DNA from: Patescibacteria group bacterium
GTDB taxonomy: Bacteria; Patescibacteriota; Microgenomatia; Levybacterales; UBA12049
Assembly (NCBI GenBank): GCA_038063415.1
Contig: JBBTVD010000020.1
Location: 11,629-75,628 of the forward strand
Length of the DNA stretch: 64,000 nucleotides
Direction of reading: 5' to 3'
Position numbers and translations under genes: made by a program. Of this stretch, positions 29,481-39,005 are shown piece after piece. A model generated the notes under the pieces. It ran no database searches and had not been told where the DNA came from. It saw only the letters and a list, made by a program, of their open reading frames with translations. Position 1 is the stretch's first letter, and each line of letters opens with the position of its first letter.

Positions 29481-30998
29481 CTAGTGCTTACGATACCGTT
29501 CGTACAGGGAGATAAAGATAGCTGCTGACCAGCTAAAGTCAGCAAAGCCAAAATGGAGGGTAGGCTCTTTAATTTCTTTTTGGTTAAACTTTTCTCCTTT
29601 TCCATGTGTTGGATCATAGTATTCATAAAAGTCATTTTGGATCATCATTTCCAGGGTTGAATCAATCAGTTGTTCTGCCAATTGCTCTGCTTTTGGATGA
29701 CGGTCTTTGTAGCGGAGTAGTCCTTCAATAATAAACATATTGGTGATTGGCCAAGTAGGACCACGCCAATACCTTGCAATTTCAAATTTTGGGCTATTAA
29801 TGGCCGTTGAGGGAATAGGGTAGGGTGTCCAAAATGTTTTGGGGTCAGTAAGGTTCTCGATAAGTTTTGGTAGTTGTGTGTCTGTGACGGCTTCTGCCCA
29901 GAGCGGTACAAAGGTCGCAATGGTAGGTTCAGCAATTTTTTCTTTTCTCCCTTGACTGACATCGATATCCGTATACTGTTTTTTTTCTGCATCCCAGGTT
30001 CCGGCTATGGCTTGTTTGGTTTGTTTGGCCCATTCTTTATACAGAGCTGCTTCTTCATACCTGCCGACCTTTTTGAGTAGTCTGGCAAGAGATTCATTGG
30101 CTCGTGCCCAAATCGAACTAAAGAGAATGTCTTTTACTGCAAAAGGAGATCTGGCAACAATCTTGTGATAATCCCAATCCCATTTGGCATACATATCGAT
30201 AAGCCCCATAAAACGATAGTAGTTTTCTCTGGTTGGCCGATGTGATACTTCACCAATCTGGTCATCTACCCGGTGCAGATTCACATCTTCTTTGACTGAT
30301 TGTGGGATCTTGTCCAGATCCACATGAGCATACACACTATCCCAGCGTGGAGAGTTGTCGGTGCCACTTTCCCAGGAATGGATAATTGTCATCAGTCCCT
30401 TATCTTCAGGATCACGGTAGGTCTTGAGATGCTCATGGAAGCGAATAATTGCTGGAAGCATCTCTTCAAGGAATGCTTCAGCTGCTTGTTTGTCTGGAGA
30501 ATGATCGTACACATATTCAACACCGATGGCAAACACTGGAGGTTGTGTGATGCCAGATGTTGGTACGCCATTTTGCCAGAATTGTTGCGTGCGCCACTTA
30601 TCTGCTTGTGGATAGTAGAGTTCTTCATCCGGGTTGTAGGTGATATGAGCAATCAGCCCATTCTCCCATTGTCCAGAAATAAGTGCCCGTAGTTCATCGT
30701 AGGCAGCTTGTGGGTGAAAATGAACCAGCCCCATAGCAACGGTTGCGCTATCCCAGTTCCACTGATGGGTATAATATTGTTTGGATGGAACGGTTCGACA
30801 GTACGTCTTTCCATGATGTTTGACGAGTACAAGGTTATGGTTGAGAATACGTTGTGCTTTTTGTTCTACTTCGGAGAGGATACTACGAGATTGGTGAGGA
30901 ATAATCTGCTGGATGGTACCAGCTGATGAAGAAGTGTTCTTTTTCATCGGGCGTGTATTTGTCTGCCTGTGATGATTTTCTTCTGTGCGTCGTTGCAT
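29481..30998 (-). CDS. (alpha/alpha)6-barrel glycoside hydrolase, GH63/GH37-like (mannosylglycerate/glucosylglycerate-hydrolase-like)
   Basis: About 500 aa with the Trp/Tyr/Asp-rich signature of six-hairpin glycosidases ('WNWDSATVAMGL', 'WESGTDNSPRWD', 'YYDPTHG'). The family-level call is from memory of these enzymes. Confidence 0.45.
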   Translation of the reverse strand: MQRRTEENHHRQTNTRPMKKNTSSSAGTIQQIIPHQSRSILSEVEQKAQRILNHNLVLVKHHGKTYCRTVPSKQYYTHQWNWDSATVAMGLVHFHPQAAYDELRALISGQWENGLIAHITYNPDEELYYPQADKWRTQQFWQNGVPTSGITQPPVFAIGVEYVYDHSPDKQAAEAFLEEMLPAIIRFHEHLKTYRDPEDKGLMTIIHSWESGTDNSPRWDSVYAHVDLDKIPQSVKEDVNLHRVDDQIGEVSHRPTRENYYRFMGLIDMYAKWDWDYHKIVARSPFAVKDILFSSIWARANESLARLLKKVGRYEEAALYKEWAKQTKQAIAGTWDAEKKQYTDIDVSQGRKEKIAEPTIATFVPLWAEAVTDTQLPKLIENLTDPKTFWTPYPIPSTAINSPKFEIARYWRGPTWPITNMFIIEGLLRYKDRHPKAEQLAEQLIDSTLEMMIQNDFYEYYDPTHGKGEKFNQKEIKEPTLHFGFADFSWSAAIFISLYERYRKH

Positions 30999-31061
30999 GA
31001 AAGAAAAGATTTGTTTATTTAAACACTAACGTCTCTATCTGTCAACAGCTGAGTAAAGCAA

Positions 31062-31961
31062 TCAATGGACAAAGGTAATGACAACAGAATCTGGCACTCC
31101 TTCATCTGCATCTTGTTCTGTTCGGATCACATGGTCGGTCTGATCACCATTTATGGCGGGTGAAGCTATTTGCTTTTTGTTTCCTTTATGCGGTAGAGAA
31201 GTGTCAATGAATCCATGAACATCGGTAAGGTTTACCTGTGATGTCGTGGAGCTGATACACAGGTAGTCTGGAGGAAGAGCAAAGCGGGGGTCATCAATAG
31301 CAACAAATAAGTCATTGACTGCTTCGCGACGATTTGTTTCTCCTTTAGTGTCGATTAAGATTGGTTCATCATTATCTCTTGGTGGTATCCACATTCTACT
31401 TCTTGGATCAAGCCTAAGCTCAATACCATAGGGTTCTTCTGGATGATCTGGATGAGTCCAAAATTCCCAGTCAGTGCCTTTTTCCCCTGTTAGATCAATC
31501 ATTCTCTTTGTTAGTAACTCTTTTAATGCTTCTCCAGTAATGGGAGGTCCAGCAAATCGGTAGGGTCTGACAATATCTGTATTATCTTCTATAAGAATTG
31601 GCCTCGCACAATGATTTTCAACAAGAACAAAAATGCCAGTATCTTCTGTCTGGTTTTCTTTAGTAAACGTTTCGAGCCAATTTGCATTTGGGTCAGGCAA
31701 ATGAAGTCCTAGATGAGCATACCTGCTACGTACATGAAAATTAATATCCTGATCAGATCTATCTGCTCTAAAAAGATGTGCTACGTCTTTTAATTCTGGT
31801 GCTCGTAGTTTGACAAAAGCCATTCCTCTTGCCGGGAGGACAACTTCACCTATAGTTGCCAAGTCTTTCTTTCCAAGAAGTAGAGAGCTTTCTTTTTTAT
31901 TCCCGGCAATCTCCTGGCGAATGCTATTTGCTTGAGAACATGTTTCTAAACGCATAGACAA
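31062..31961 (-). CDS. hypothetical protein (299 aa)
   Basis: ORF only. Confidence 0.35.
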   Translation of the reverse strand: MSMRLETCSQANSIRQEIAGNKKESSLLLGKKDLATIGEVVLPARGMAFVKLRAPELKDVAHLFRADRSDQDINFHVRSRYAHLGLHLPDPNANWLETFTKENQTEDTGIFVLVENHCARPILIEDNTDIVRPYRFAGPPITGEALKELLTKRMIDLTGEKGTDWEFWTHPDHPEEPYGIELRLDPRSRMWIPPRDNDEPILIDTKGETNRREAVNDLFVAIDDPRFALPPDYLCISSTTSQVNLTDVHGFIDTSLPHKGNKKQIASPAINGDQTDHVIRTEQDADEGVPDSVVITFVH

Positions 31962-32015
31962 ACCACATTATAAAGCAATAGTTATTGTTTGCAACAAATT
32001 TGCTAAAATGACAGT

Positions 32016-32729
32016 ATGATTGCACAATTACGAAAGGAAATCCAAAAAGCAGCAGATCCCAGGAAAGCTACATTTGTTGCACGGTTTTTTAAAACAGATC
32101 CAGGAGACTACGGAGAAGGGGATGTGTTTATTGGATTAACCGTTCCCCAATGTCGAAAGATAGTTGCTGCATATCATGATCTATCGCTTGAAGAGATTGG
32201 CCAGTTGTTGCAATCAAAGATTCATGAAGAGCGTTTAATTGCTTTACTATTGTTGGTTCACCAATTCCAAAAAGGGGATCAATCTCAAAAAAAAGATATC
32301 TATACGTTTTATCTTGCTCATACCAAGTTCATCAATAATTGGGACTTGGTTGATCTTTCTGCGGATAAGATTGTTGGAGAGTATCTTTTTTCTCAATCCG
32401 TCATTGCGAGCGAAGCAAAGCAATCTCATCGTGAGGGGATTGCCACGTCGTCTTTGACTCCTCGCAATGACGATATTTTGGTAATCCTTGCTCAGTCAGA
32501 CAGTCTTTGGGAGCGAAGAATTGCAATGATTGCAACCTATGCTTTTATTAAAAATGGTGAATCTGATTTGACGTTTAAGATTGCAGATATTCTCTTACAT
32601 GATAGTCATGATCTCATCCAAAAAGCTGTGGGGTGGATGCTTCGAGAGAGTCTCAAAAGAACAAGAAGAAGTATTTCTCAAACCAAGATATCACAAGATG
32701 CCGCGTACCATGCTGCGATATGCTATTGA
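32016..32729 (+). CDS. DNA alkylation repair protein (AlkD-like HEAT-repeat family) carrying an in-frame ~25-codon insertion from a palindromic mini-element
   Basis: The family signature 'ARFFKTDPGDYGEGDVFIGLTVPQCRKIVA...HEERLIALLLL...FINNWDLVDLSADKIVGEYLF' and C-terminal 'HDLIQKAVGWMLRE' flank the inserted segment 'SVIASEAKQSHREGIATSSLTPRNDDI', which is encoded by 32399..32472. Confidence 0.65.
   Translation: MIAQLRKEIQKAADPRKATFVARFFKTDPGDYGEGDVFIGLTVPQCRKIVAAYHDLSLEEIGQLLQSKIHEERLIALLLLVHQFQKGDQSQKKDIYTFYLAHTKFINNWDLVDLSADKIVGEYLFSQSVIASEAKQSHREGIATSSLTPRNDDILVILAQSDSLWERRIAMIATYAFIKNGESDLTFKIADILLHDSHDLIQKAVGWMLRESLKRTRRSISQTKISQDAAYHAAICY
32399..32472. repeat. palindromic mini-element copy 1 (12-bp perfect terminal inverted repeat cgtcattgcgag/ctcgcaatgacg with a nested inner hairpin), located inside a CDS
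   Basis: Read directly from the sequence. It is homologous to the 56890..56959 copy. Confidence 0.75.
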
Positions 32730-32778
32730 ACGGTTCCCAGATGTAGAACGGAGGCATTATTTACAGAAGTAATTCCTG

Positions 32779-34680
32779 TTAAATCCCTTCCCATACGATT
32801 GTTTCTCTTTGTGTCGGGATACCATACCCTTCCAGCTCTCTTTGTATTTGCTGTATGTCTGCGGTGCTGATAAATTCTTTATATGTTGTTGTTTTATCTG
32901 GGTGTGCTCCAGAATGCGCAAGTAAACCTAGGAAGAGAATATATGCGTCATTATCGTTAATCCAATCAGGTCTTGTGAATCGTTCGTAAAAGGCATCTCC
33001 CAAGGCTTCAGATGTTAGGGTAGAGGAGATATATGCCATGCCATTATAGTGATCAAGTGGATCAAGATTGGTCAATAATGTCTCATGCGGATGATTTATC
33101 CCTGTGCCTTTTTTATATAATGCACTGATGCGAGGTTGCATCTGATCAACAAGTTCTCCTGCTTGCTCACTACTGAGGTGCGTTTGTCCAGATTTTAATC
33201 TTCTTTCAAGCTCTTGTGCTACTGTTTGTTGGGTTAATGCTTCGACAATATTTCTTCGGATAATAATTGCCTTCTCAAGATCTGGTGACTCCTGGTGCGT
33301 TGTGGCAGATGAGTTTCCCATGATAATTCTCATTTGTGTTTCCAATAATTCAGCAATTTCTTCTTGAATACGAGGAGCGATTTCATGATAGGAACCTTTC
33401 TGATAGACGCCGTTGGTTTCTAATTGTTGTAAAAGAAAAGAGTGCGCTTTATGCGTCAGTTCATGGAGGTGGGCTGCCGCGAAACGTTCTTTTGAACGTC
33501 GTGGATTGTTGTTTACCACATTTACGGGAAGCCCTGCGGTATTGGTATAGCTGAAGTTCCAGGCTCGCATAGCACCTGTCCTGCTGGCAGTTGCTTCTAC
33601 ATGGCTTGTTTCAAGAGAAACATCTGCCAATGGTAAGAGGCTGTATGCATGATCCTCCACTTCTCTTATTTTTCTTGTAATTTGTTCTGCTGATTCAGCT
33701 TCTTCAGGAAGCCTGTGAGTGATTGCTCTTTCAAGCTGTACTTCTGCATAGTTTATTTTTCCCTCTTGCTCTCTCTTTTCTCTGGCGCGAGGAGTTTCTG
33801 TTTGCATATGAGCTAAGAGGTTTTGTGTCTCTGCGCTATCAGATTCGAGCGCGTTCTCCAGATTTATTGCTAAATTTTTAGGGTCAGGAAAGTCATATAT
33901 TTCTAAATACGTTTCCCAATCAATTCCCATTTGTAGCAGAAATGCATGCGTTTTCCAGGTTAATTGCAAATGTTTGATCTGGAGCTCTCTATCACTCAAT
34001 CTTTGTTCGACAACTCCAGAAAGAACATCTCTCACTTTTTTATCTCCGCGATGATTATCCAAAAAGTTTTTCGCGAAAGGGAAATGAGCGTTGTCAGTAG
34101 TTTGAAGAGCTCTTTGATACAGCTCATCAGCTTCTCCTTCATCAGCAGCTTTTTTTGCAGCTTCTTGCTTAAATAATGTAAGTATTTCTGGTGTCGGGGC
34201 TATTTCTCCCGACGCTCGACCTTGCGCAGTGACCCCATTTATTTCATCTTCCAGAACATAAAATTCCTGAGAAAAAAGATTCCATAACGCATATGAGCTG
34301 AATTTTCGAAGTTTTCTTGCGGTAGATTTTTTTTCAGTCTTATCCGTTGCGTGGTCATACTTTAGCTTCAAATAGCTGCCGATAGTAGCGAGTTGTTCTT
34401 TTCTTGCTTCGTGATTGTGCTCCAGTTGGATAGCACTTTTAAAAGGTTGACGCGCTTGATGAGAGAAAAATTTATCCGCGGTATCTTGTGACCAACCTAA
34501 GATATGTGCGATACGCGGGATCGTTGTTGTTGCATCAATTTCATCACCAACATCAGAGATGAGTCGATCAATGCCTTGTTCTCTATATGCTTCTGCACCT
34601 GACAGTCTCCAAACTTTTCTTTCTGCTTGTCTTACTCTCACCTCTGGAGACTTTAAAAAGGATATTCGCTCGATTGTCAT
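32779..34680 (-). CDS. hypothetical 633-aa protein with an HExxH zinc-metallopeptidase-like motif
   Basis: 'AAAHLHELTHKAHS' fits HExxH. No TM. Otherwise unrecognised. Confidence 0.4.
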   Translation of the reverse strand: MTIERISFLKSPEVRVRQAERKVWRLSGAEAYREQGIDRLISDVGDEIDATTTIPRIAHILGWSQDTADKFFSHQARQPFKSAIQLEHNHEARKEQLATIGSYLKLKYDHATDKTEKKSTARKLRKFSSYALWNLFSQEFYVLEDEINGVTAQGRASGEIAPTPEILTLFKQEAAKKAADEGEADELYQRALQTTDNAHFPFAKNFLDNHRGDKKVRDVLSGVVEQRLSDRELQIKHLQLTWKTHAFLLQMGIDWETYLEIYDFPDPKNLAINLENALESDSAETQNLLAHMQTETPRAREKREQEGKINYAEVQLERAITHRLPEEAESAEQITRKIREVEDHAYSLLPLADVSLETSHVEATASRTGAMRAWNFSYTNTAGLPVNVVNNNPRRSKERFAAAHLHELTHKAHSFLLQQLETNGVYQKGSYHEIAPRIQEEIAELLETQMRIIMGNSSATTHQESPDLEKAIIIRRNIVEALTQQTVAQELERRLKSGQTHLSSEQAGELVDQMQPRISALYKKGTGINHPHETLLTNLDPLDHYNGMAYISSTLTSEALGDAFYERFTRPDWINDNDAYILFLGLLAHSGAHPDKTTTYKEFISTADIQQIQRELEGYGIPTQRETIVWEGI

Positions 34681-34767
34681 TAAACTAATTATAGGCTAGA
34701 ATACTCGCTTATGCATTGACAGCATCGTCACTAGAGATAGTATTTCTTTTATACTATACTTAGCGGT

Positions 34768-35883
34768 ATGTCTGACATTACAAAAATTAAACTCTCCACC
34801 ATCCTTGCAAGCAGCCAATTCTGGTGGCCGACTATTATTCTGTATTATCAGTGGCAGGAAATTCCAACAGAACAGATTTATCTCATGCTTGCTATTTATT
34901 CCGTTTGTGCCTTACTGTTTGAATATCCCACAGGCGTTGTTGCTGATTATTTCTCTCCAAAAATTTCACTGATCATCGGCTACTTTATTATGACGACAAC
35001 GTTCTTTTTCCAGACATTACATCTGCCACTGATGTATTATATTAGTTTTTTTGTGATTAATGCAGCGGCATATACCTTGACTTCAGGGAGCAATACGGCG
35101 CTTCTTCATTCTGTCTCAACCAACTTTAAACATGACTTTGCGCAAGTAAAAATGTATTCACTGATGATGACTGTTTTTTCAACCATCGTTGGAGGATTAA
35201 CGATTGCATTCGATCTACGGTGGTCACTTTATCTTAGCGGGTTTTGTTTTTTTCTTTCGGGGGTACTGCTTTTGCTTGCGAAGCCACATTCCTACACTCG
35301 TATTAGTGGTAATATTTTCAAAGGGGGACTGATTGGCCTTCAACATGTTAAAGCAAATACCCAATTACTCTACTTGCTGGTTATTGCCTCACTTATCAGC
35401 GGGTTTTTTATGAGCTTTAAGTTTTTCTACACACCACTTTTTTCGGCAATGAAACTGGATGAGACCAGTTGGGGGTTCTATATTGCTATTGGTGTGCTGA
35501 GTAGTGCGTTTGGTGTCCACCTCTTCAAAAAGTATTCCGATTGGGATACTCGTTTATTACTCCTGCTATTTCTTGGTTCATTTTTGCTTATTGGACTCGT
35601 GACGCATCCAATTATTGCGCTTGTTGGCATGTTTATTGCCTATTTCTTCAGGGGATATCTTGAAGCAAAACTGGGGGTAGAGATTAATCAGGCAATCTCT
35701 TCTCATGCACGGGCAAGCATCCTGTCTCTGGAAAGCTTTTTGACAAGAATTGTTTCAACGATTTTTACGCTGGTACTTGGGGTACTTACTGCACAGGTGT
35801 CCTTTTCTCTCCTGATGGTTGGTTCAGCCGTCTTCTTACTGCTTGTGGGAAGTTATCCGTTACTTCGGTTAAAAAAGATATAG
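34768..35883 (+). CDS. multi-pass membrane transporter, MFS-like
   Basis: About 12 hydrophobic helices across 371 aa. Confidence 0.45.
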   Translation: MSDITKIKLSTILASSQFWWPTIILYYQWQEIPTEQIYLMLAIYSVCALLFEYPTGVVADYFSPKISLIIGYFIMTTTFFFQTLHLPLMYYISFFVINAAAYTLTSGSNTALLHSVSTNFKHDFAQVKMYSLMMTVFSTIVGGLTIAFDLRWSLYLSGFCFFLSGVLLLLAKPHSYTRISGNIFKGGLIGLQHVKANTQLLYLLVIASLISGFFMSFKFFYTPLFSAMKLDETSWGFYIAIGVLSSAFGVHLFKKYSDWDTRLLLLLFLGSFLLIGLVTHPIIALVGMFIAYFFRGYLEAKLGVEINQAISSHARASILSLESFLTRIVSTIFTLVLGVLTAQVSFSLLMVGSAVFLLLVGSYPLLRLKKI

Positions 35884-37071
35884 CTACTGTTCTTTACTCA
35901 AGGCAAATCCAACAGCTGGAATGATCGCCAGAAGTGCAGCGATGGCCATAACAAAAAAGGCAGTAGTGATACTAAATTCATCTGAAATAAATCCAAGGAG
36001 TATCGGGGCAATAGTACCTCCAATACGAGCAATCATGGAATTAAAACCAAAGGCTTTTTCAAAGTTCCCATGATGTTCGACTGATTCTGAGACCATGGTT
36101 TGGACGACTGGCACCGTGCCTTTGGTAAAGACTCCCAGGACTATTGAACTCACGATAATAAGAGGCAGGAATGGTGTACTTGCCATAATGGTAATAAAAA
36201 CAGCCATCAGTAGCTGTGAAACAATAAAAATTTTGGTATTACCAAACCTATCGACAAGTCTACCCAAAGCTGTCTTACCGACAAAATTACCGGCAAAGTA
36301 TGCAGCCGAAAGCAGACCCAACAGAGCCGGTTCAGTCCCTCTCTCGAGTAATAAAAAGGGAAGGAAGATAAAAAGAGAAGTACTGGCAAAACTGTCAAAA
36401 AGGCTTGTGGCATTCACAAAGAGAAACCGCTTCTGAGCGATAATTTCTCTCAGTCTCATTGGCAGTGCTGGCTTTTCTTTAAGTGTCATTTTTTCTGTCT
36501 TTTTGAGTAAAAAGAAGAAAAAGAAGAAGCCAATGACTATTGCTATAATTGCATAAAGAAACGCGGTTGAGCGCCATCCAACAGCGGCAATAATAATCGT
36601 TACCAGTGAGGCAATCCCTATTCTTCCAACCTCGCCTAGCGCGGTGAAATTACCCATTTGTCTGCCCCGTGTTTCTTTGGTCGACCACTTGGCGATAAGT
36701 GCAAAGGCCACTGGATGAAATATTCCAAGTCCCACACCCGCAAGAATAACGGCAGGGAACAACCCCAAATAATTGGGGGAAAAAGAAGTTGCGAGATACC
36801 CTAGGGCATAAAAGAACATGCCAAATACCAATAGTCGAAGACCACCTATTTTGGCTGCGATATATCCTGAGGGAAGGGCGAGAAAAAAACCAAGAGAGCT
36901 GAGAATTGTGCCAAGTAATCCTACGTCAGTAAGACTTATGTGCATATCTTTGGCAATAAAGGGAAGAAACAGTGCGAAACTAGCAAAGTAACCATCATTA
37001 AGAATATGCAAGAGATTAAGTTGGAAAAAGGGATGGGTATGTTTTTGTATGAATCTATGGAGTATTTTCAT
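35884..37071 (-). CDS. MFS transporter
   Basis: 12-TM architecture with an MFS-like N-terminus 'LNLLHILNDGYFASFALFLPFIAKDM' and 'GRQMG' loop motifs. Confidence 0.55.
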   Translation of the reverse strand: MKILHRFIQKHTHPFFQLNLLHILNDGYFASFALFLPFIAKDMHISLTDVGLLGTILSSLGFFLALPSGYIAAKIGGLRLLVFGMFFYALGYLATSFSPNYLGLFPAVILAGVGLGIFHPVAFALIAKWSTKETRGRQMGNFTALGEVGRIGIASLVTIIIAAVGWRSTAFLYAIIAIVIGFFFFFFLLKKTEKMTLKEKPALPMRLREIIAQKRFLFVNATSLFDSFASTSLFIFLPFLLLERGTEPALLGLLSAAYFAGNFVGKTALGRLVDRFGNTKIFIVSQLLMAVFITIMASTPFLPLIIVSSIVLGVFTKGTVPVVQTMVSESVEHHGNFEKAFGFNSMIARIGGTIAPILLGFISDEFSITTAFFVMAIAALLAIIPAVGFALSKEQ

Positions 37072-37131
37072 ACGCTTTAGTATAGCATAGCGCTTGACAG
37101 GGACATGTTTGTGTTATAACATAATTATATT

Positions 37132-37371
37132 ATGCAAATGCAGCAATCAGTTATTCAAATAGGAAATTCTCTGGGTATTGTGATCCCAAAAGGTCTTCGT
37201 GGTGAATTACAAGCAGGAGATAAGGTACTTATTACCGGAAAGCCAACCAATATTTTGATTACACCCGCAAAAACGAATAAAACAGGCGGTGTGGATGCAA
37301 AGTTTATGCAAATGGTTGACGAATTTATTACCGAGCACGAAGATGTCCTTAAGGAATTAGCAAAACGGTGA
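37132..37371 (+). CDS. AbrB/MazE-fold antitoxin (SpoVT/AbrB domain)
   Basis: 'VIQIGNSLGIVIPKGLRGELQAGDKVLI' is the swapped-hairpin AbrB domain. It overlaps the downstream Doc gene by 4 nt. Confidence 0.65.
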   Translation: MQMQQSVIQIGNSLGIVIPKGLRGELQAGDKVLITGKPTNILITPAKTNKTGGVDAKFMQMVDEFITEHEDVLKELAKR

Positions 37372-37757
37372 ATTATTTGACTCCACAACAAGTTTTGGCA
37401 ATTCATGATGCTGTCATCAAGCGGACAGGTGGTTCTCACGGCTTGCGTGATGTAGGGCTTTTGGAATCAGCTGTCTACCGTCCACAGGCAAGTTATGATG
37501 GAGGGGATCTCTATCCGACACTTTTTGAAAAGGCTGCTGCTTTGTTCCATTCATTACTTAAAAATCATCCCTTTGTTGACGGCAACAAACGCACATCGTT
37601 GGCTTCTGCTGGATTATTTTTGCAGATAAATAACTTGCAATTAGTGAATACACATGAGAAGGAGCTGGAGTTTGCTCTGAAGGTAGAGAATGCAAGTTTG
37701 ACGTTTGAGGAAATAACTCTTTGGTTTAAGCAAAATACAAAAAAGTTATCTACATAA
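37368..37757 (+). CDS. doc: Doc (death-on-curing) toxin, Fic/Doc family
   Basis: Canonical Doc motif 'HPFVDGNKRT'. 129 aa. Confidence 0.8.
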   Translation: MNYLTPQQVLAIHDAVIKRTGGSHGLRDVGLLESAVYRPQASYDGGDLYPTLFEKAAALFHSLLKNHPFVDGNKRTSLASAGLFLQINNLQLVNTHEKELEFALKVENASLTFEEITLWFKQNTKKLST

Positions 37758-37795
37758 AAATAACTGGTCTGACCAAAATAAAGCTTTTAATAAAA

Positions 37796-38227
37796 TTATA
37801 AAAATTTTGTCATTTCAACAAAGTCCGTGTGGAAATAATGGTTTGGAAGATCAGCTGTTTTTTTGTACCCTTGTGATACATAAAAGGTAACGGATTCCCA
37901 ATCTTTTCCAGTTTGTAAATATATTTTATGCACACCATGTTCTCTGGCAAGCTTTTCTGCTTTTGCGATGAGAACTCTCCCTATACCTTGACTCCTTTTG
38001 CCGTCGGCCACCAGAAAGATGTCGATGTAGGCGACATCTGCATTAATCGTAAAAGTAAGTGATCCGATAATTTCTTTGTCTTCACATACTTCCAGTGTGA
38101 AGTCTTTTTTCTGCCACCTGTCCCAAGGGATTGGTTTTCCATAATGTTTTACATCTTCAGAAGCCCACTCTTTCTTATGGAATGCTTCAAGTTTTTTACT
38201 GCCTTTTTTGGTAATTTTTATATTCAT
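37796..38227 (-). CDS. GNAT family N-acetyltransferase
   Basis: 'VADGKRSQGIGRVLIAKAEKLAREHGVHKIYL' is GNAT motif A. The likely start is the internal Met 'MNIKITKK', not the ORF's first Met at 38362. Confidence 0.6.
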   Translation of the reverse strand: MNIKITKKGSKKLEAFHKKEWASEDVKHYGKPIPWDRWQKKDFTLEVCEDKEIIGSLTFTINADVAYIDIFLVADGKRSQGIGRVLIAKAEKLAREHGVHKIYLQTGKDWESVTFYVSQGYKKTADLPNHYFHTDFVEMTKFL

Positions 38228-38411
38228 CGCTCTCTCGAATACTTTATCCCTAGAATGCCAACATTCATAATAATAACATACATTTGGATCCTGAATTAGA
38301 TCATCAGGAAGAACCCGTTCCACAGGTTGTCTGCATATCGTTATTATACATGAGATAACCAAATACCAGCTTGTCAGTGTCTCAAAAGATTGTTATTATT
38401 GCTAAACATCT

Positions 38412-38990
38412 ATGGCACAGCAAACATTTACCGAGAGTAACTTTAAAACCCAAGTGCTTAGCGCTGAGAATATCTCATTTCGAAGAGTACAAATGGAGGA
38501 TTTGCCACTTCTTCATAGGTGGTTAAATGAACCCCATGTCCATGCGTGGTACGATAAAGATGAAGAGCAAACCTTCGATCATGTTTCCAAAGAGTATCTA
38601 CCAAAAATAACTGGTGAAGAACCAACCAAAGGCTATATTGTCCTGTATGATACGTATCCTGTTGCCTATATACAAAGTTATAGAGCGGGAGACTGGCCAG
38701 AATTTTCTCATATAACAGGCTATGGGGCTTCAGATGCAGGAGTTGATCTTTTTGTTGGAGATCCAAAACTGATGGGTAAAGGTTTCGGGACTATGATGAT
38801 AAAAAAATTTTTACAAGAGATTATTTTTGTCGATCCAGGTATTAAAAAATGTTTCATTGACCCTGAACCCAATAATAAGCGAGCAATTAGAGCCTATGAA
38901 AAAGCAGGATTCAGGTATGTCAAAACAGTACAAATGCCTGACGAGCCAGACCCCTCCTATTTCATGGAGATTAATAAAGAAGAGCAGTAA
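38412..38990 (+). CDS. aminoglycoside 6'-N-acetyltransferase-like GNAT, AAC(6')-Ib family-like
   Basis: Collinear similarity to AAC(6')-Ib as recalled: 'LLHRWLNEPHVHAWY', 'YLPKI', 'AYIQSY', 'KLMGKGFGTMMIKKFLQEIIFVDPGIKKCFIDPEPNNKRAIRAYEKAGFRYVKTVQMPDEPDPSYFM' against 'QLGKGLGTKLVRALVELLFNDPEVTKIQTDPSPSNLRAIRCYEKAGFERQGTVTTPDGPAVYM'. Confidence 0.65.
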   Translation: MAQQTFTESNFKTQVLSAENISFRRVQMEDLPLLHRWLNEPHVHAWYDKDEEQTFDHVSKEYLPKITGEEPTKGYIVLYDTYPVAYIQSYRAGDWPEFSHITGYGASDAGVDLFVGDPKLMGKGFGTMMIKKFLQEIIFVDPGIKKCFIDPEPNNKRAIRAYEKAGFRYVKTVQMPDEPDPSYFMEINKEEQ

Positions 38991-39005
38991 TACATTGTAG
39001 CCGTC

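Noticed and set aside
32239-32457. Short ORFs on both strands across the palindromic element ('...SLRAKQSNL...', '...LLCFARNDG...')
   Set aside because: They arise from translating the hairpin element in other frames and lie within the AlkD-like gene.
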